64,000 nucleotides of DNA from Candidatus Poribacteria bacterium (GTDB lineage Bacteria; Poribacteria; WGA-4E; PCPOR2b). How positions within the stretch are numbered: position 1 is the first letter of the stretch; every line of letters begins with the position of its first letter. The DNA is taken from NCBI GenBank assembly GCA_965116925.1, contig OZ220744.1, positions 224,001-288,000 of the forward strand, given 5' to 3'. The translations under genes and the position numbers were made by a program. Positions 60,159-64,000 of the stretch are shown one piece after another. The notes under the pieces were generated by a model. The model made no database searches. It had not been told where the DNA came from and was given only the letters and a program-made list of their open reading frames with translations.

Positions 60159-61307
60159 TTGAATAACGTGTTTCTGAAAGACATGAATTATCGCAAGGCA
60201 AGGGTCATCTTAACCACGATTGGCATCACTGTGCTAATTGCCCTTATTTTGATGTTGGGGGGAATCATGAATGGTATGCGCATCCAAGCTCAACAATACC
60301 CTACATTCACAGGAGCGGATATTTGGATCTCCGCAGAAGGCTCCGGCAGTGCATTTATCGGTTTTTCACTGCTTGTCCCAGAACACCTTGCCTATCTTGA
60401 TGGCGCACAACCCTTGAAACCTAATTCGGTATCACCACTGGTTTTCGCACATGCGCGACCTGTAATTCGTGGAAAACTTGGCAAAGCAGTTGTTGTGGGA
60501 TACAAGGCGGACAAATTGGGAGGACCAACGCAATTTGAGTTAACCGAGGGGCGACTGGTAACTGCTAGTCAATATGAAGGCTGGGCGGAGGCGGATATTC
60601 CACCGCGTGAGGTAGTCGTCGATGAAAAGATGAATCTCGAAATCGGAGAACGGATTTTGATCGGGAACAAGGAACTCAAGGTGGTTGGAAAGGCAAAAAG
60701 CTTGATGTTTGTTCTCGACACGCCGCTGCTGTTTATGGATCTTCGGACTGCACAGGAAGTGCTGCTTAAAAACTCACTTCACGTCAATATGATGATAGCT
60801 CAAGCGGCAGACGGATATACGCCTGAGAAAGCCGCGAAAGAACTCGAAAACTTCGATGAACAACTCAAAACGATTGATGTGCGTACCCTGCAACAAACAC
60901 TTCGCGATATTATTGCCACCTATGTAGATGAACCGATGAAGGCTGTTCAATTTCTGCGAGTAATGCTCTGGATTGCCGCGGGGCTTATCGTCGGAATGAT
61001 CACCTACGTCACAACGCTCGAAAAGACACAAGAGATTGGAGTCCTTAAGGCAATCGGTGCCTCCAATTTTTACATTTCTTCGCTGATAATTAAGCAGGTT
61101 GTTCTGATGTCGGTGGTAGGTGTAATTTGTGGACTGATTTTATCGTACATCTTTGCTATTGCTGCGCCAATCTTCGTGTCAATTCACCCGGTCGAATCAG
61201 GTATTGTCGCGTTGATCAGTTTTGTTGTGTGTTGCGCCGGCGGTTACCTCGCCGCGCGAAAAGCAATCAGTGTTGATCCAATGGTTGCATTTAGGGGAGA
61301 GGTCTAA
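60159..61307 (+). CDS. ABC transporter permease (FtsX/MacB/DevC-like)
   Basis: TM, large loop, EIGVLKAIGAS, three C-terminal TMs. Confidence 0.9.
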   Translation: MNNVFLKDMNYRKARVILTTIGITVLIALILMLGGIMNGMRIQAQQYPTFTGADIWISAEGSGSAFIGFSLLVPEHLAYLDGAQPLKPNSVSPLVFAHARPVIRGKLGKAVVVGYKADKLGGPTQFELTEGRLVTASQYEGWAEADIPPREVVVDEKMNLEIGERILIGNKELKVVGKAKSLMFVLDTPLLFMDLRTAQEVLLKNSLHVNMMIAQAADGYTPEKAAKELENFDEQLKTIDVRTLQQTLRDIIATYVDEPMKAVQFLRVMLWIAAGLIVGMITYVTTLEKTQEIGVLKAIGASNFYISSLIIKQVVLMSVVGVICGLILSYIFAIAAPIFVSIHPVESGIVALISFVVCCAGGYLAARKAISVDPMVAFRGEV

Positions 61308-61447
61308 TCTGTAGAACTGAAGCGCGAAAGGTGAATAAACTTCCGGTACAGATTTTCGATTTGGATTTAGCATGAACTGTCGCTTTTCTCCGTTCTATTT
61401 CTAAGTGAGGCGACACACGAAGTGCTAGGAGAGTAGGGAGGAACCTG

Positions 61448-62122
61448 ATGGGAATCGTTGTCGAAGGGAAAGGACTAACAAAACATTTTGGCGAGGGAGA
61501 TGCGAGGGTAGTGGCTGTTGACCAAGTTGATATTACCATTGAAGAGAGCGAATTGGTAATGTTCATGGGCGATAGCGGTTGTGGTAAGACGACGCTAATC
61601 AGCCTACTCGGCTGTATCCTCACACCGAGTGAAGGTGATGTTTGGATTGATGGAGAACAGATCGACTACGAAAATCACGATTTGTCCCAACTGCGCAGCG
61701 AGAAGATTGGCTTCGTGTTTCAACTATTTAACCTTATTCCGTACCTAACAGCGGTAGAAAATGTGATGGTCGCCATGAATATTGCTGGCATGAAGGGCAG
61801 CGAAGCAGAAAAGCGCGCGGTGGAACTTCTCACTCAGGTTGGGTTGGAGCAACGCTTACACCATCGACCTGCACAACTTTCAGGCGGCGAAAAGCAGCGC
61901 GTCTCCTTTGCACGTGCCCTTGCCAACAACCCGAAAATTATCTTTGCAGATGAGCCTACCGCGAATCTTGATAGCCGGCAGGGTGCGAATCTGATGAGTC
62001 TTGTTCGAGAGCTGCGCCAAGAACACCAAACCACGATCGCAATCGTAACGCATCACGAGGGCTTAAAAAAGGATGCGGATCGAGTGATTCAGATGAAGGA
62101 TGGGCAGATTGTGTCTGGGTAG
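61448..62122 (+). CDS. ABC transporter ATP-binding protein (LolD/MacB-like)
   Basis: GDSGCGKT, LSGGEKQRV, ADEPTANLD. Confidence 0.95.
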   Translation: MGIVVEGKGLTKHFGEGDARVVAVDQVDITIEESELVMFMGDSGCGKTTLISLLGCILTPSEGDVWIDGEQIDYENHDLSQLRSEKIGFVFQLFNLIPYLTAVENVMVAMNIAGMKGSEAEKRAVELLTQVGLEQRLHHRPAQLSGGEKQRVSFARALANNPKIIFADEPTANLDSRQGANLMSLVRELRQEHQTTIAIVTHHEGLKKDADRVIQMKDGQIVSG

Positions 62123-62151
62123 TGCGATTGTCATGACTAGGGAACGGAACC

Positions 62152-64000
62152 ATGATACCTCAGAACCGTCGCCGCAGATCAATCCATGCCTTACTCATCT
62201 CTCTAATCATCTATCTTTGCATTGCTATCATATTGACGTTCATATATTATCAGCAAAATGGACAAAGGTTTGAAGATTTGGTGGAGATTGAACTGTTTGA
62301 TGAGAAAGACCTCCTCAAGTCACGCCGAGAAACGCTTAAACCGCCCCCGCCGAAGCGAATCAGAGTTCCACGACAGTTTCAATCATCAATTGTCCACCAA
62401 CCCCAAACGATCAAACTGACAACCTCCGCAAATCAGATTAGTGAGACTCTCCAGCTATCAGCACAGCCTTTGCTTCACAGTTCAACCCCCGATCAACACA
62501 ATCCCCAAGACCAACTTCCCGATGTTACAACAGTGGCAGAACGACTCAATCGCCGCGAAGCGCGGATTAATGAGGAGGTTTCAACGCGCTTCCAAACAAG
62601 CGACGGGGAAGGAGTGAGAAGCAATCGACAACGAGCCAAAGGGAGCAGTAAGGGCGGCATCCATGCGCTGGAATCTGCTAGCACGTCGGATATCGGAACT
62701 GTCGGCAATCGTCCCGGTCAGCGTGGCTCGGGCCATGAGGATGGCTCAACCACGAGCGATACCGCCCCCGATACTCCCTTTGCTGAGGCTTTGCGCCGCA
62801 TCGCTGAACATATCATTGATACGCGCACGAGAGATCAGGTTGATGTCGTTTTTGTACTCGATACAAGTGCAAGTATGCGAGATAACATTCAGCAGGTTGC
62901 AGATAATCTGTTCAGTATGACCGATGCGTTTGATGAGATCAACATCGAATATTTTCTGGGCATGACTGAGTTTAGTGTTCGGCACGAGGGACAAGTGCTG
63001 AAACGTCGTCCGCTTGTACCAGATGTCGGGATGCTTCGACATCAGATGAGAAAAATCCGATTGAGTGGTGACGAACACGCGCTCGATGCGATGATGGACA
63101 CTTTTAACTCCATGGAATTTCGTACAAACGCTGATAAATTTCTGGTACTGGTAACGGACGAGCCCGCCACGACCCGATTTGGAATGGATTCCGACCCTGA
63201 TGAGATGCGTCAGAAGGTTATCGACACCTGTCAGTTATATGAATTACATGTCAATGTGCTAGGACACACGGAGAAATATCAGGCACGCCTTGCAGAAGAA
63301 ACCGGTGGGCTATGGCAAGAGATTCCCGGTGGGGTCAGACAGAGAACTAGTTTGCAGGCTTCACCTACTAGTAGGGGCGGTCTCGTTCAACTCTTCCGTA
63401 CAATTGCCACCGATATCCGTCGAAATGCCGGTGCACTGCTATTCAGCGTTGGACTTGAGTTCCAAGCAGCTTTCGATGATCACGGAGACATCCTCACCGC
63501 AAAACTCCGTCGAGAATTTCAAAAACACAACGTTATCCTTTCTGAGACTTGGCGGCTTGCTGAAAGTGCCACCACCTTGGTTAGATCACCAGGCGAGGTA
63601 TGGGTAATCACCGATCATGGCAGCGGACGAGTCTATACAATTCGGAAAGAAGGGGATAAACTCAACGTTTACCTCGGTATCCATCCAGAAGCCCCTACGC
63701 ACCAGATAGCAGACATCGTCATCATGCTCGATTACAGTCGTAGTATGGGAGGTAAGTCTGAAGCAATAATGCTCGGTATCAGCACCTTAATTGGGAGATT
63801 AAATCTTCTACCAATTGACTATCAAATCGGACTCATCCGCTTTGCAGAGGCAAAGGATGCAATCAAATCAGTCGATGGTGCAGATGTCATCCAGATGCCG
63901 ATTAGGGAGACCGGGATACGAGATCTGCTTGCAGATCCTTTTGGTGGGGACGAACACCTTACGGATGCCATTGCGAAAGGGCTGCGACAATTTCACTTTC
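62152..64000 (+). CDS. Membrane-anchored protein with tandem vWA domains, runs off the window
   Basis: Not in the ORF track. Manual translation is open from ATG 62152: TM helix, low-complexity linker, DVVFVLDTSASM..LVTDEP, then DIVIMLDYSRSM. Confidence 0.85.
   Translation, partial: MIPQNRRRRSIHALLISLIIYLCIAIILTFIYYQQNGQRFEDLVEIELFDEKDLLKSRRETLKPPPPKRIRVPRQFQSSIVHQPQTIKLTTSANQISETLQLSAQPLLHSSTPDQHNPQDQLPDVTTVAERLNRREARINEEVSTRFQTSDGEGVRSNRQRAKGSSKGGIHALESASTSDIGTVGNRPGQRGSGHEDGSTTSDTAPDTPFAEALRRIAEHIIDTRTRDQVDVVFVLDTSASMRDNIQQVADNLFSMTDAFDEINIEYFLGMTEFSVRHEGQVLKRRPLVPDVGMLRHQMRKIRLSGDEHALDAMMDTFNSMEFRTNADKFLVLVTDEPATTRFGMDSDPDEMRQKVIDTCQLYELHVNVLGHTEKYQARLAEETGGLWQEIPGGVRQRTSLQASPTSRGGLVQLFRTIATDIRRNAGALLFSVGLEFQAAFDDHGDILTAKLRREFQKHNVILSETWRLAESATTLVRSPGEVWVITDHGSGRVYTIRKEGDKLNVYLGIHPEAPTHQIADIVIMLDYSRSMGGKSEAIMLGISTLIGRLNLLPIDYQIGLIRFAEAKDAIKSVDGADVIQMPIRETGIRDLLADPFGGDEHLTDAIAKGLRQFHF

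Noticed and set aside
384..63607. Numerous short overlapping ORFs in the track
   Set aside because: Alternative-frame or antisense to well-supported genes, with no recognisable motifs

Overview
Bacterial chromosomal window with about 50 CDSs, rnpB and many small intergenic mobile or palindromic repeats. No CRISPR array, rRNA, tRNA or transposase was seen. Three PhyH dioxygenases, TolB/PD40 propellers with an AVxxxGKxxxxWGxxK tail and dense GTAG-REPs suggest Candidatus Poribacteria (inference). Blocks in order: a partial squalene/oxidosqualene-cyclase-like gene with an AI-2E transporter and a cNMP-binding protein; a 10-kb partner-switching cluster (5 STAS, 2 RsbW-like kinases, 2 PP2C phosphatases, hybrid kinase, receiver, no sigma factor); a six-gene amide/peptide catabolic operon; two ECF/anti-sigma modules; a sigma54-preceded A-B-A-B-A array of secreted beta-propellers; a sigma54-preceded four-gene orphan operon with two small paralogous exported peptides; rnpB; a GATase-like/DUF4159/DUF4175-type operon; a CIRCE-controlled solo groL with a His-rich tail; an ABC transporter; and a partial tandem-vWA protein. 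The best novelty candidates are the orphan peptide operon, the propeller array with its shared tail, and an unnamed ~70-aa module inserted in two unrelated proteins. All calls come from reading motifs by eye; no database searches were run.
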